Shown here: piece after piece, positions 14,330 through 14,488 of the stretch
How positions within the stretch are numbered: position 1 is the stretch's first letter
How the letters are laid out: every line of letters begins with the position of its first letter
Assembly (NCBI GenBank): GCA_043803745.1
Contig: JAZDJS010000016.1
Location: 1-14,488, forward strand
DNA from: an archaeon
Lineage (GTDB): Archaea; SpSt-1190; DYHY01
Direction of reading: 5' to 3'
Length of the DNA stretch: 14,488 nucleotides
Program-made: the position numbers and the translations under genes
The notes under the pieces: model-generated
The model's input: the letters and a program-made list of their open reading frames with translations, nothing else
The model's database searches: none
What the model was told of the DNA's origin: nothing

Positions 14330-14488
14330 ATGTTAAGTATTTTTAACGACTTGGGTCCGTTCTTCCAAGACAACTATAGGCGAATAAGCGTGAGGGAATA
14401 CGCAAGAATCCTCAAGATTAGCGCTCCGACTGGCTCAAAACTCCTTTCCCGATATGAAAAGGAAGGCCTTCTGAAGGGGGCGGAAGAT
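14330..14488 (+). CDS. Partial HTH protein, probably the N-terminus of an HTH-nucleotidyltransferase (MNT antitoxin-like) protein
   Basis: MLSIFNDLGPFFQDNYRRISVREYARILKISAPTGSKLLSRYEKEGLLKGAED is a clear HTH (SVREYARILKISAPTGSKLL...EGLL). It runs off the right edge, so the MNT domain is inferred from similar archaeal proteins and not seen here. Confidence 0.75.
   Translation, partial: MLSIFNDLGPFFQDNYRRISVREYARILKISAPTGSKLLSRYEKEGLLKGAED

Noticed and set aside
14471-14488. GAAGGGGGC resembling the 3' conserved region of RNase P RNA
   Set aside because: It lies inside the HTH reading frame, and no GAGGAAAGTCC-like partner is present.

Overview
The window looks like archaeal chromosomal DNA, probably DPANN-type (inferred). 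Most genes start about 24-30 nt after a TTTAAA/TATATAA box, intergenic gaps are short, and several proteins are divergent orphans. From left to right it holds: a partial ORF, a metallophosphoesterase, a membrane AN1 zinc finger, a membrane protein-TPM-zf-TFIIB-LemA cluster, a GT-C membrane glycosyltransferase, TatD, a small wHTH gene, an orphan block at 6730-9411, a YdbS/YdbT-like bPH_2 pair, a DHH/DHHA1 protein, a cupin, tRNA-Cys(GCA), and the start of an HTH gene with an operator-like inverted repeat. Three observations stand out. (1) The orphan block encodes what aligns by eye as a TFB two-cyclin core with no Zn ribbon. Its extended promoter recurs (24/28 nt) in front of the next gene, and a gluzincin-like peptidase is transcribed divergently. 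This is a candidate alternative or decoy TFB regulatory module. (2) In the DHH protein the DHH strand sits at the N-terminus, ahead of the DxDxDG motif. (3) Upstream of tRNA-Cys there is a cluster of tRNA 5'-end fragments, including a 25-bp exact repeat that encloses two perfect 21-bp palindromes. All protein calls come from motif recognition by eye; no database searches were run.
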